A DNA stretch of 40,051 bases from Deltaproteobacteria bacterium (GTDB lineage: Bacteria > Campylobacterota_A > Desulfurellia > JAGGSF01), in the NCBI GenBank assembly GCA_021159235.1, contig JAGGSF010000080.1, positions 1-40,051 of the forward strand, given 5' to 3'. The notes below the pieces were generated by a model, which was given only the letters and a program-made list of their open reading frames with translations, was not told where the DNA came from and did not search any database. The translations under genes were made by a program, and so were the position numbers. How positions within the stretch are numbered: the first letter of the stretch is position 1; every line of letters starts with the position of its first letter. Positions 18,001 to 25,380 of the stretch are shown here, piece by piece.

Positions 18001-18030
18001 TGATTTTGTCAACCATTACCATTGCTCAAG

Positions 18031-18966
18031 TTATTTCCCTAATATCTGTCCTTTTTTTAAAGGAAATCCACGCAGGAAGGAAGAGGCATCCATTTTCTTT
18101 CTACCTTCCATTTGAACCTGTTCCAACTTTAAAGCACCATCTTTACACAGGATGTAAAAGGCGTCTCTGTCTATCTTTATTATTTCCCCATAGAAGCTTC
18201 CCTTTTCCTTTAATGAAACGGGAAGAGCTTTTAGAATTTTGAGCCGTTTTCCATTTAAAAATGTGAATGTGCCTGGTCTGGGGTTCATGCCTTTTATCTT
18301 TCTTACGATTGTATAGACAGATTCTCCAAAGTTTAATCTTCCATCCTCCTTTCTTAAAGGAGGGGCATAGGTAGACAATTTTCCGTATTGCTTTTTTCTG
18401 CCAATTCTTCCATATCCTATATTTTCCAAACAGCATAGAAGCATTTTTCTTCCTATGTTTGAGAGTTTCTCTGAAAGTGTGGTGTAGTTGTCTTCCTCAT
18501 CTATCCTTACCACCCATTGCATGAGAATATCGCCGGCATCGATTTTGCTATTGACCTCTATAATTGTTACACCTGTCAGTCTGTCTCCATTGATGATTGT
18601 CCAATTTATGGGAGCAGGCCCTCTATACAGAGGGAGTAAGGAAGGATGAACATTTATCATTCTATGAGGAAAGATTTTGTTCAGTTGCTCAGGGATAAAC
18701 TTTCCGTAGGATACCACAACGCCTATCTGTGCATTACATTTTTTTATCTCCTCTAAAAACGAAGGCGATTTAAGGTCTTCAGGTTGAATTACAGGAATAT
18801 TTAAAATTTGTGCTGCTTCCTTCACCGGAGAGGGTGAGATTATTTTCCCCCTTCCACTTTTTTTATCAGGTGTAGTAACTACACGAACTATCCTGTGATG
18901 TGAATTGTTCAATGTGTAAAGGAAAGGAACCGCCCATTCGGATGTGCCAAAAAATACAATATTCAT
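18031..18966 (-). CDS. fmt: Methionyl-tRNA formyltransferase
   Basis: 311 aa. N-terminal MNIVFFGTSEWAVP, the formyltransferase core (NVHPSLLPLYRGPAPI), and a C-terminal tRNA-binding domain. ATGA overlap with the def stop. Confidence 0.92.
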   Translation of the reverse strand: MNIVFFGTSEWAVPFLYTLNNSHHRIVRVVTTPDKKSGRGKIISPSPVKEAAQILNIPVIQPEDLKSPSFLEEIKKCNAQIGVVVSYGKFIPEQLNKIFPHRMINVHPSLLPLYRGPAPINWTIINGDRLTGVTIIEVNSKIDAGDILMQWVVRIDEEDNYTTLSEKLSNIGRKMLLCCLENIGYGRIGRKKQYGKLSTYAPPLRKEDGRLNFGESVYTIVRKIKGMNPRPGTFTFLNGKRLKILKALPVSLKEKGSFYGEIIKIDRDAFYILCKDGALKLEQVQMEGRKKMDASSFLRGFPLKKGQILGK

Positions 18967-19472
18967 CCAGTTTTCAGGCGCATTTTCCTTCGATAATTGC
19001 GAAAGAGTTCTTTCCTTAAGGGTGAGATGCGGTCAATAAACAGTATGCCATTTAGATGGTCAACTTCATGTTGTGCTACAACGGAAAAAAATGTATCCGT
19101 CTCTATTGTTTTTTCCTCTCCTTTTCTGTTTATATATTTTATCTTTATATATTTTTCTCTTGGTACCGGTGAGTAAAAATCGGGAATGCTCAAGCATCCC
19201 TCTTCATGTTCTTCAAACTTGCCTGCATTTTCTATGATCTCGGGATTTATCATCTCAACCAGACCAAAACCGGGGTCATTCTTTTGCAAATCTATGATGG
19301 CTACCCTTATATTTATTCCTACCTGAGGAGCAGCCAGGCCAATACCCCCATACTTATACATGATCTCCCTCATATTATCCAGAAGCTTTATTATGCTATC
19401 ATCTATCTCCTTTACCTCTTCTGATTTAGCTCTCAATATCTTATCAGGGTAGGTTATCAATTTCACCTTCAT
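18963..19472 (-). CDS. def: Peptide deformylase
   Basis: Motifs GIGLAAPQVG, EGCLSIP and QHEVDHLNG. I trimmed the start to ATG 19472 (MKVKLITYPDKILR) because the ORF-track N-terminal extension runs through two tRNA genes. Confidence 0.92.
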   Translation of the reverse strand: MKVKLITYPDKILRAKSEEVKEIDDSIIKLLDNMREIMYKYGGIGLAAPQVGINIRVAIIDLQKNDPGFGLVEMINPEIIENAGKFEEHEEGCLSIPDFYSPVPREKYIKIKYINRKGEEKTIETDTFFSVVAQHEVDHLNGILFIDRISPLRKELFRNYRRKMRLKTG

Positions 19473-19498
19473 CTTCTCATCCCTCATCATCCATTTAA

Positions 19499-19570
19499 TG
19501 GCCCCAATGGGAATTGAACCCATGTCCCCGGCTTGAGAGGCCGATGTCCTTACCACTAGACTATGGGGCC
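19499..19570 (-). tRNA. tRNA-Glu (anticodon CUC)
   Basis: The reverse complement GGCCCCATAGTCTAGTGGTAAGGACATCGGCCTCTCAAGCCGGGGACATGGGTTCAATTCCCATTGGGGCCA folds as a cloverleaf: 7-bp acceptor stem, anticodon loop CTCTCAA, T-loop TTCAATT. No CCA is encoded. Confidence 0.9.
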
Positions 19571-19574
19571 ATAG

Positions 19575-19645
19575 CTGGGGAGCAGGGATTCGAACCCCGA
19601 TTGACGGATCCAGAGTCCGCTGTCCTGCCGTTAGACGACTCCCCA
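19575..19645 (-). tRNA. tRNA-Gln (anticodon CUG)
   Basis: The reverse complement TGGGGAGTCGTCTAACGGCAGGACAGCGGACTCTGGATCCGTCAATCGGGGTTCGAATCCCTGCTCCCCAG has a U1-A72 pair and G73 discriminator typical of bacterial tRNA-Gln, and the anticodon loop CTCTGGA. No CCA is encoded. Confidence 0.9.
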
Positions 19646-19658
19646 ATACACTAAAAAA

Positions 19659-19686
19659 ATTTAACATCCCCAAAATAATAAGTCAA
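19659..19686 (-). promoter_or_regulatory. Promoter candidate for tRNA-Gln/tRNA-Glu (and probably def-fmt)
   Basis: Minus strand: TTGACT (19686-19681), 16 nt, TTAAAT (19664-19659), 13 nt upstream of the tRNA-Gln 5' end. Confidence 0.35.
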
Positions 19687-19688
19687 CA

Positions 19689-20672
19689 CTATAGTAATCC
19701 TCCATAGCCCAGGTTGTAGATCTCCTCTTCTGTAGGTCTCTCACCTGTTGCAATACGGGGTAGTATAAGATCCAGTGACGACCTGCTACTGCATATGGCA
19801 CCTGCAGGTATGCCAAGGATTACCACCTTTTCGACATAACCGATACTCAAGTAATTGCCAGGCTGAACGGGAAGGCCACGAAAAAATGTTCTGGCTTTAT
19901 CTTTTATCGCCAGATATGTTACATCATCGGGGTCTACAGATGCGCCACCTGTTATCAGTATTACCTCACATCCAAGTTTAATGGATTTTTCTATCTCCAT
20001 CTCTATCACTTCCTTTTTATCTGGCGCTTTTGCAGTATGGATAACATTACAGTTGCAAATACTTTTTATCTTACGTTTCAAAAGAGGTGTAAATGTGTCC
20101 TTTATCCTTCCATAGAAAACTTCGTTGCCTGTGGCGATGATGCCTGTATTTTTTTTCAAAAAAGGCTTGACAGAAACTATACCTCCTCTGGCTATTTCCT
20201 TTGCTCTTTCAATAATCTTCCTTGATGTAAACAGTCCCAAGATGCGCACAGAGGCAATTTTCTGCCCTTTTTCTACTATTTTATTTGAAGGTAAAGTGGG
20301 ACAACTGGGAACTTTTAGTAGATTGAATTGAAGGAGTTTTTCTCTGTCTACCTTTGTCAATCCTTTGAAGGAGGAGTATATATTTATCTTTCCCTCTGAA
20401 GGCTGCCTGTCTCTGTATGTTCCTTCTCCCATTAAACTTTCTGCTAACTCAATTGCCGCATCGTCTTCATGTATTTCGTCAGGCGAGAGGTTGATAGTAT
20501 ATACATGTTCTTTCCCTAAACGCTTGAATTTCTCAACGTCTCCTTTCTGAATTATATATCCTCTTTTAAATAAAGGACCCTTGAATCTTTTCTCTGTGTC
20601 TACAAGTGTTACATCATGTGCCAATGGTTTGCCGATCGCCTGCTCTATCTTGATTTTTTCAATGCGACTCAA
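19689..20672 (-). CDS. MoeA-like / MoCF-biosynthesis (molybdopterin-binding) domain protein, function unknown
   Basis: 327 aa. The N-terminal AIGKPLAHDV resembles the MoeA domain I/II entry. The central GIIATGNEV...ILITGGASVDPDDVT matches the MoeA/MogA/CinA-type molybdopterin-binding fold. It is shorter than canonical MoeA (no domain IV). TTG start overlaps the upstream gene by 14 nt. Confidence 0.55.
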   Translation of the reverse strand: MSRIEKIKIEQAIGKPLAHDVTLVDTEKRFKGPLFKRGYIIQKGDVEKFKRLGKEHVYTINLSPDEIHEDDAAIELAESLMGEGTYRDRQPSEGKINIYSSFKGLTKVDREKLLQFNLLKVPSCPTLPSNKIVEKGQKIASVRILGLFTSRKIIERAKEIARGGIVSVKPFLKKNTGIIATGNEVFYGRIKDTFTPLLKRKIKSICNCNVIHTAKAPDKKEVIEMEIEKSIKLGCEVILITGGASVDPDDVTYLAIKDKARTFFRGLPVQPGNYLSIGYVEKVVILGIPAGAICSSRSSLDLILPRIATGERPTEEEIYNLGYGGLL

Positions 20673-21363
20673 AACATATCCTCTTTAAACCTAAGAGTTT
20701 TTGTGCTGAGGCAATGGTCACACCATAGAATATAACAATTCTGCTTTTGTTATCCTCCTTAAATGTCTTTATTATTTCATCGATCTTTCCATCAGCGATT
20801 GTATTGCCATTTGCTAGAGTTAAGAAAGAGCCTGCTACAATATCTTTCATGTTTCTTTCGTCTTCTATTAGAACACCGTAAAAATTTTTATCCTTATTTT
20901 TACCATCACATATCCTTATATTTTCCTTCCCTATTTTTTTTATCAGAGCTTCAGCGATGATGGGTTGTAATCCCACCATCCCTACGGTAAGAAACATGCC
21001 GTATCTACGAGAAAAACCATAAGCTATTCTCTGTGCACATCTTTTAGCCTCTTTTCCATTGCAGTGCACTGTTCCTTCTATTAGATTCAGATGCTTTAAG
21101 ACGGCATTGGTGCAAGCTATAAACAGTGCTCGATTTTCAGATGTATTTAAATCTATATTTAATATATCTTCTATTTTACCCTGAAAGTTTATAGCACCTG
21201 TGCTGAATGCCTGTCCCTTATTTCCTTTAAAATCTGCTTCTATCAGCGTTTCTTCTTCATGGGGCGAAGACAGGTGGGTTTTAACCTCAATATTTTCATG
21301 CTGGAGACTGTTTTTTTCCACAATGTTTATAAAATTTTCCTTTAATTCTTCAATCATGCTCAT
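20659..21363 (-). CDS. Hypothetical protein, Rossmann-like C-terminal half (possibly DUF364-like), function unknown
   Basis: 234 aa from ATG 21363, 1 nt after the upstream stop (TAAAATG). The track start, TTG 21378, would give 239 aa. Coding is supported by the tight packing and sense-strand consistency. The family assignment rests only on a loose resemblance (FLTVGMVGLQPIIAEALIKK..., AGSFLTLANGNTIADGKIDEII) to DUF364-type proteins. Confidence 0.6.
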   Translation of the reverse strand: MSMIEELKENFINIVEKNSLQHENIEVKTHLSSPHEEETLIEADFKGNKGQAFSTGAINFQGKIEDILNIDLNTSENRALFIACTNAVLKHLNLIEGTVHCNGKEAKRCAQRIAYGFSRRYGMFLTVGMVGLQPIIAEALIKKIGKENIRICDGKNKDKNFYGVLIEDERNMKDIVAGSFLTLANGNTIADGKIDEIIKTFKEDNKSRIVIFYGVTIASAQKLLGLKRICFESH

Positions 21364-21364
21364 T

Positions 21365-22495
21365 TTATAGATTATCAAGCTGTCTATAGGAAATTGCTTG
21401 TTCTGTGTTCATTGAAGTTTTTAGAAAATCATCAAACCAGTAAGCGTCTTTATTTGTTTTGAAAACCATAAGTTGCGATGCATTTTCCAGACCTGGAGAA
21501 CGATGATATTGCATATAGATGTGTTCTGGTGTTGTTCCCACTACTTCAATCTTTCCTGTGGAATGAGACATTATAAAGCGCGCCCTTCCAGCCAGACCGG
21601 AAACCTGCATCCTTGCTTTTCTAAATATCTCATAAGATTCAACTACTGGCACAGCATAAATTCTGTTTCCCAGTGTAGGGCGACACTGAAACACATAGTA
21701 TGAAGATACACCCATAAAGGAAAGTCTACGAAATAGCTCTGCTAAAGTATCAGGGTTATCGTTAACTCCTCTGATGAGCGGTGTTTGATTGACGACAACT
21801 GTACTTGCTTCTAACAGTCGTGTAATGGCGTCAATGCTGACAGGAGTTAACTCTCTGGGATGGTTGAAATTTGTCACTATATAGATGCGTTTTTGAGGTA
21901 AACTGTATCGGCTCAGCATTTCAATTAAAGATGGATCTTCTGTAATCCTGTATGGATTAAACGCAGGTATTTTTGTCCCTATACGAATAATCTTTACATG
22001 TTCAATGCAGCGTATCCTTTGTATAAAATCTTCCAGTTTTCTTGTAGACATAATCAGTGGGTCACCACCCGATAAGAGAACATTGGTAATCTCAGAATGA
22101 TTTCGGAGATATTGCATACTTGGAGAAACATTGTGAGTTACCTCACTATCTCCATTCATAAATAAGCGCTTACGAAAGCAAAAACGGCAGAATCCTCCGC
22201 ACATATTGTTGACAAGCAAAAGAGCTGTATCTGGATATTTATGTTCCAATCCTGCTGCTTTTACATAATGTGCCTCTTTGGAGGCATCGAGCCTGCCCCA
22301 TGGTATCAGTTCTCCTTCATGGGGAACAATTATCCGTCTGATAGGGTCATTTTCATTTGACCAATCAATTAAGGATAAGTAATAATCATTAGCCCTGAAT
22401 GCAAATTTTTTTGTAACCTCTTTTAATATTCGCCGTTGCTCAATGGGAATTTGAGTAACCTGCAGAATATCGGTAATATATCTAATCTTCTTCAC
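21365..22495 (-). CDS. KamA-family radical SAM protein (amino acid 2,3-aminomutase-like), substrate unknown
   Basis: 376 aa. KamA N-terminal motif DYYLSLIDWSNENDPIRRIIVP, radical SAM CGGFCRFC (C99/C103/C106), GGDPL, and a candidate PLP lysine in STGK. GTG start with AAGGAAG SD. Confidence 0.85.
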   Translation of the reverse strand: MKKIRYITDILQVTQIPIEQRRILKEVTKKFAFRANDYYLSLIDWSNENDPIRRIIVPHEGELIPWGRLDASKEAHYVKAAGLEHKYPDTALLLVNNMCGGFCRFCFRKRLFMNGDSEVTHNVSPSMQYLRNHSEITNVLLSGGDPLIMSTRKLEDFIQRIRCIEHVKIIRIGTKIPAFNPYRITEDPSLIEMLSRYSLPQKRIYIVTNFNHPRELTPVSIDAITRLLEASTVVVNQTPLIRGVNDNPDTLAELFRRLSFMGVSSYYVFQCRPTLGNRIYAVPVVESYEIFRKARMQVSGLAGRARFIMSHSTGKIEVVGTTPEHIYMQYHRSPGLENASQLMVFKTNKDAYWFDDFLKTSMNTEQAISYRQLDNL

Positions 22496-22522
22496 ATATC
22501 TTCCTTTTAGTTAGTTGTTTCT

Positions 22523-22551
22523 ATTTTATTTATTTTTATTGCGCCTGTCAA
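22523..22551 (-). promoter_or_regulatory. Sigma70-like promoter candidate for the KamA-like cassette
   Basis: Minus strand: TTGACA (22551-22546), 17 nt, TAAAAT (22528-22523), about 27 nt upstream of the GTG at 22495. Confidence 0.45.
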
Positions 22552-22614
22552 ATTCATGGTTTTTATTAAAAAGAATGATAACGCCCAAGCTCACCTATAG
22601 GAGCGGGATAGCGG

Positions 22615-23289
22615 TCAGGCGAAGCGTTTTGTTAGATGTTTAATATTTTCAACAAAAAATGCAAGAAGTTCAGGGTCAAAGCAATGGCTGTTTTCTTTCA
22701 TAATCCGTAAGGCTGCTTCAGGCTTAAACGCAGGGCGATAAGGCCTGTTACTTGTTAGCGCATCATAACAATCGGCAATTCGGAGTATCCGCGCAACCAA
22801 GGGAATTTCATCCCCTTTTAATCCCTCGGGATAACCACTCCCGTCAAAATTTTCATGATGATATAGGATAGCATTTCCTATTAACTCATCAAAGAGTAAA
22901 GGCCTGATAAGATTATATCCCAATTTCGTGTGATGTTTAATCATGATAAACTCAGCTTCTGTCAACTTAGTCGGCTTATTTAAGATTTGTTCATTTATAC
23001 CCATTTTTCCAATGTCATGAAGCAGGCCTGCTCGATATATCACCGGAATCTTTTCTTTCGGAAAATTTAACTGGTGGTTTAAAGTAACAAAATTTACTGC
23101 CATCTTAGCTACATGTTCTGAATGTCCTTTCGTATACGGATCTCTTAATTCAAGAGCTCGAGATAGAAGGAGGGATGTTCGTTCAATTACTTCCGATAAC
23201 TCAATAACCTTCTTTCGTTCAATCTTTATTTTTTCTTGTTGCTCGGCGATGGTTTGTTGCTGCTCCCTTATTTTATCATGTTCAGTCAT
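22615..23289 (-). CDS. HD-GYP domain protein (likely cyclic-di-GMP phosphodiesterase) with an N-terminal coiled coil
   Basis: 224 aa. Motifs HSEHVA, LLHDIGKMG and HHENFDGSGYPEGLKG. GAGGAGA SD. Confidence 0.85.
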   Translation of the reverse strand: MTEHDKIREQQQTIAEQQEKIKIERKKVIELSEVIERTSLLLSRALELRDPYTKGHSEHVAKMAVNFVTLNHQLNFPKEKIPVIYRAGLLHDIGKMGINEQILNKPTKLTEAEFIMIKHHTKLGYNLIRPLLFDELIGNAILYHHENFDGSGYPEGLKGDEIPLVARILRIADCYDALTSNRPYRPAFKPEAALRIMKENSHCFDPELLAFFVENIKHLTKRFA

Positions 23290-23330
23290 GTTTCTATCTC
23301 CTCATAGCATTTAACTGTATAATTCACTCT

Positions 23331-23366
23331 TTAAAGCTACATTACTATTTAAAGCTACATTACTAT
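23331..23366. repeat. Perfect 18-bp tandem direct repeat (2 copies) in the HD-GYP upstream region
   Basis: TTAAAGCTACATTACTAT occurs at 23331-23348 and again at 23349-23366. This is 42-77 nt upstream of the HD-GYP start codon (23289) on the minus strand. Confidence 0.95.
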
Positions 23367-23381
23367 CCCTCATAATTTCTG

Positions 23382-24161
23382 TCAAGAAAAGCTCTTTAAG
23401 CACCTTAAAAACAATATAACTTCTTTGCTACTCCTACAGAAATAGCGGGCTTTTGAATATTTTTTATAACCGACTACGATAGATATATCATCTTCTCTCA
23501 GCACCTTAAATGCATCTTCATCCGTTCTGTCATCGCCTATGTAAATTTTTAATATTTCTTCTCTCAGATTAAGCAGATGTTTCATCTTTATTACTGCCTT
23601 TCCTTTATCCCAGTTGATATTTGGTCTTACCTCATAAACCTTTTTCCCGGAGGTTATTCTCAATGTCTCATGGTAGGGACCGATGATATTCTGAATGATT
23701 TTTTTTATATCCTTCGCAGGTCTTCCTGCGACATTGCGGTAATGAACACTTAAGGTCAGACCTTTGTCTTCAATCAGAATGCCATCTATTGTATTTAATT
23801 GTACCTTTAATTTTTTGACAACATTTTTTAGAAGGGGTTTTGTTCTCTCTGCCTCCGGATGCACCCAACAATGTTCTTTATAAGAAATTTCAAAGCCGTG
23901 ATTCCCGGCATATATTATACCTTCAATCCCTATGAGATCTTTCACTTCACTTAATGAGCGACCGCTGATAATACCTATGGAGATACATGGATTTTGGGAA
24001 AGATCGATCAAAAGCTTTCTTGTTTCAGGTGAAAGTTTAGCTAATGATGGGTCTTTGCAGATAGGCACCAGTGTTCCATCATAATCCAGGCACAACAAGA
24101 TATGTTTGTTTCTTGTTTTATTCTTTATTTCAGAGAAAGAGTTAAACAGATATTTTTTCAC
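23382..24161 (-). CDS. otsB: Trehalose-6-phosphate phosphatase
   Basis: 259 aa. HAD motif I LCLDYDGTLVPI, the trehalose-phosphatase type cap, and IGDDRTDEDAF. The GTG start overlaps the upstream stop (GTGA). Confidence 0.85.
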   Translation of the reverse strand: MKKYLFNSFSEIKNKTRNKHILLCLDYDGTLVPICKDPSLAKLSPETRKLLIDLSQNPCISIGIISGRSLSEVKDLIGIEGIIYAGNHGFEISYKEHCWVHPEAERTKPLLKNVVKKLKVQLNTIDGILIEDKGLTLSVHYRNVAGRPAKDIKKIIQNIIGPYHETLRITSGKKVYEVRPNINWDKGKAVIKMKHLLNLREEILKIYIGDDRTDEDAFKVLREDDISIVVGYKKYSKARYFCRSSKEVILFLRCLKSFS

Positions 24162-25378
24162 AGGTATACTATATCTTCCTTACGATACAACGATAAAAAT
24201 AACAAAAGATAATCACGAATGTGTCTGGTAATAAGAAAATTGTCCTTTATATGTTCTCTTCCGTTTTCCCCCAACTTTTTTGCATATTCGGGATCACTTA
24301 AGAGTTGTTTTATCCAGTAAGCTGTTCCTTCTATGGTATGGGTTAGTATGCCAGAATATCCATGTATAATCTGTAATGGTATGCCTCCCACAGCAGATGC
24401 AATTACCGGTTTTGCCTTCCATAAGGCCTCGGAAACGGTGAGTCCAAAGCCCTCGCGTAAGGATTTCTGAAGTATAATAGTTGAACCTCTTTGCAGGGCA
24501 TTTATCTCTAAATGAGAAGCGGGAGAAAGATGCAATACAAATATATCCTTGTCCTGTTTTGCTTCTTCCATTACCGCCTTAAGCACCTTTTTACCCTCCG
24601 GATCATCTGTTGCTCCACCTCCGGCTAAAACAAGCTGACAATCCATGTGTTTTTTTACAAGACGATAGGCCCTTATTACACCTACAGGATCTTTTAAATA
24701 ATCAAACCTTGAAATTTGGGTTATAACGGGCTTCTCTCTATCAATACCATATCCTTCAAAAACAGAGTCTATGAATTTTTCAGGTAAATCTCTATTTTTC
24801 TCACTCAAAGGATCTATGGAAGGAGAGATGAGAATCTGTTTAGTAGAGATATCTCGACCAAATGTAGGAGCGGAGAAGACAACGGTATCATATTTTTCAA
24901 TGTAGCTTTTCAGAAATGACCAAATACGCTTATTGGGATTGGAAAAGTCGATATGACATCGCCAGATCCAGTTCCTTCCTATTTTATTTCTTTTTTCAAT
25001 AAGTGCAGCAGGTTGAGGATCATGAACAAATATTATGTCACCGTAAAAGTCTATCTCCTCTGCATTTTTTTGGTTGACATCCAAAAAGTAATTTAGTTCA
25101 TCATCTGTAATTTCTACCCTTGCAGAGTGAAGGGCGTTGTGTATCTTTTTGCTTATCACAAAGAATTTTTCATCACCCTTTATAACGTCCCATCCTACAT
25201 TCACACCCAGCTCTTTTAAAAGTGGTATTATTCTGGTTAATATCTCTGCTACTCCACCACCCACAGCAGTAGAATTTATGTTCTGAATCGTTTTTCCAGA
25301 AATCCTATCCGCTAAAAGGTGCAACTCATCAATTATCTCATCTCCAACAATTTTTCTATATTCGCCTAACTTAATCAT
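24158..25378 (-). CDS. TreT-like GT4 glycosyltransferase (trehalose glycosyltransferring synthase family)
   Basis: The N-terminus MIKLGEYRKIVGDEIIDEL...INSTAVGGGVAEILTRIIPLLKELGVNVGWDVIKGDEKFF...HNALH resembles archaeal TreT as I recall it. The C-terminal motif is LREGFGLTVSEALWKAKPVIASAVGGIP. I chose the ATG at 25378, 2 nt after the upstream stop, with an AAGGA SD. The track start at 25501 would overlap the upstream gene by 121 nt. Confidence 0.7.
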   Translation of the reverse strand: MIKLGEYRKIVGDEIIDELHLLADRISGKTIQNINSTAVGGGVAEILTRIIPLLKELGVNVGWDVIKGDEKFFVISKKIHNALHSARVEITDDELNYFLDVNQKNAEEIDFYGDIIFVHDPQPAALIEKRNKIGRNWIWRCHIDFSNPNKRIWSFLKSYIEKYDTVVFSAPTFGRDISTKQILISPSIDPLSEKNRDLPEKFIDSVFEGYGIDREKPVITQISRFDYLKDPVGVIRAYRLVKKHMDCQLVLAGGGATDDPEGKKVLKAVMEEAKQDKDIFVLHLSPASHLEINALQRGSTIILQKSLREGFGLTVSEALWKAKPVIASAVGGIPLQIIHGYSGILTHTIEGTAYWIKQLLSDPEYAKKLGENGREHIKDNFLITRHIRDYLLLFLSLYRKEDIVYL

Positions 25379-25380
25379 TT

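Noticed and set aside
18963-19673. The 236-aa ORF-track version of peptide deformylase, with a 67-codon N-terminal extension
   Set aside because: The extension reads straight through tRNA-Glu (19499-19570) and tRNA-Gln (19575-19645) on the same strand. The conserved Def sequence begins at MKVKLITYPDKILR (ATG 19472), which has an SD.
22555-22614. A possible terminator hairpin downstream of the HD-GYP gene (CCCGCTCCTATAGGTGAGCTTGGG followed by a T-rich tract)
   Set aside because: The stem is short and interrupted by mismatches, and the T-tract is about 10 nt away. This is not good enough to call.
23331-23366. The 18-bp tandem repeat considered as a CRISPR array or mobile-element end
   Set aside because: There are only two directly abutting copies with no spacers, no cas genes, no inverted terminal repeats and no transposase nearby. 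I treat it as a promoter-region repeat instead.
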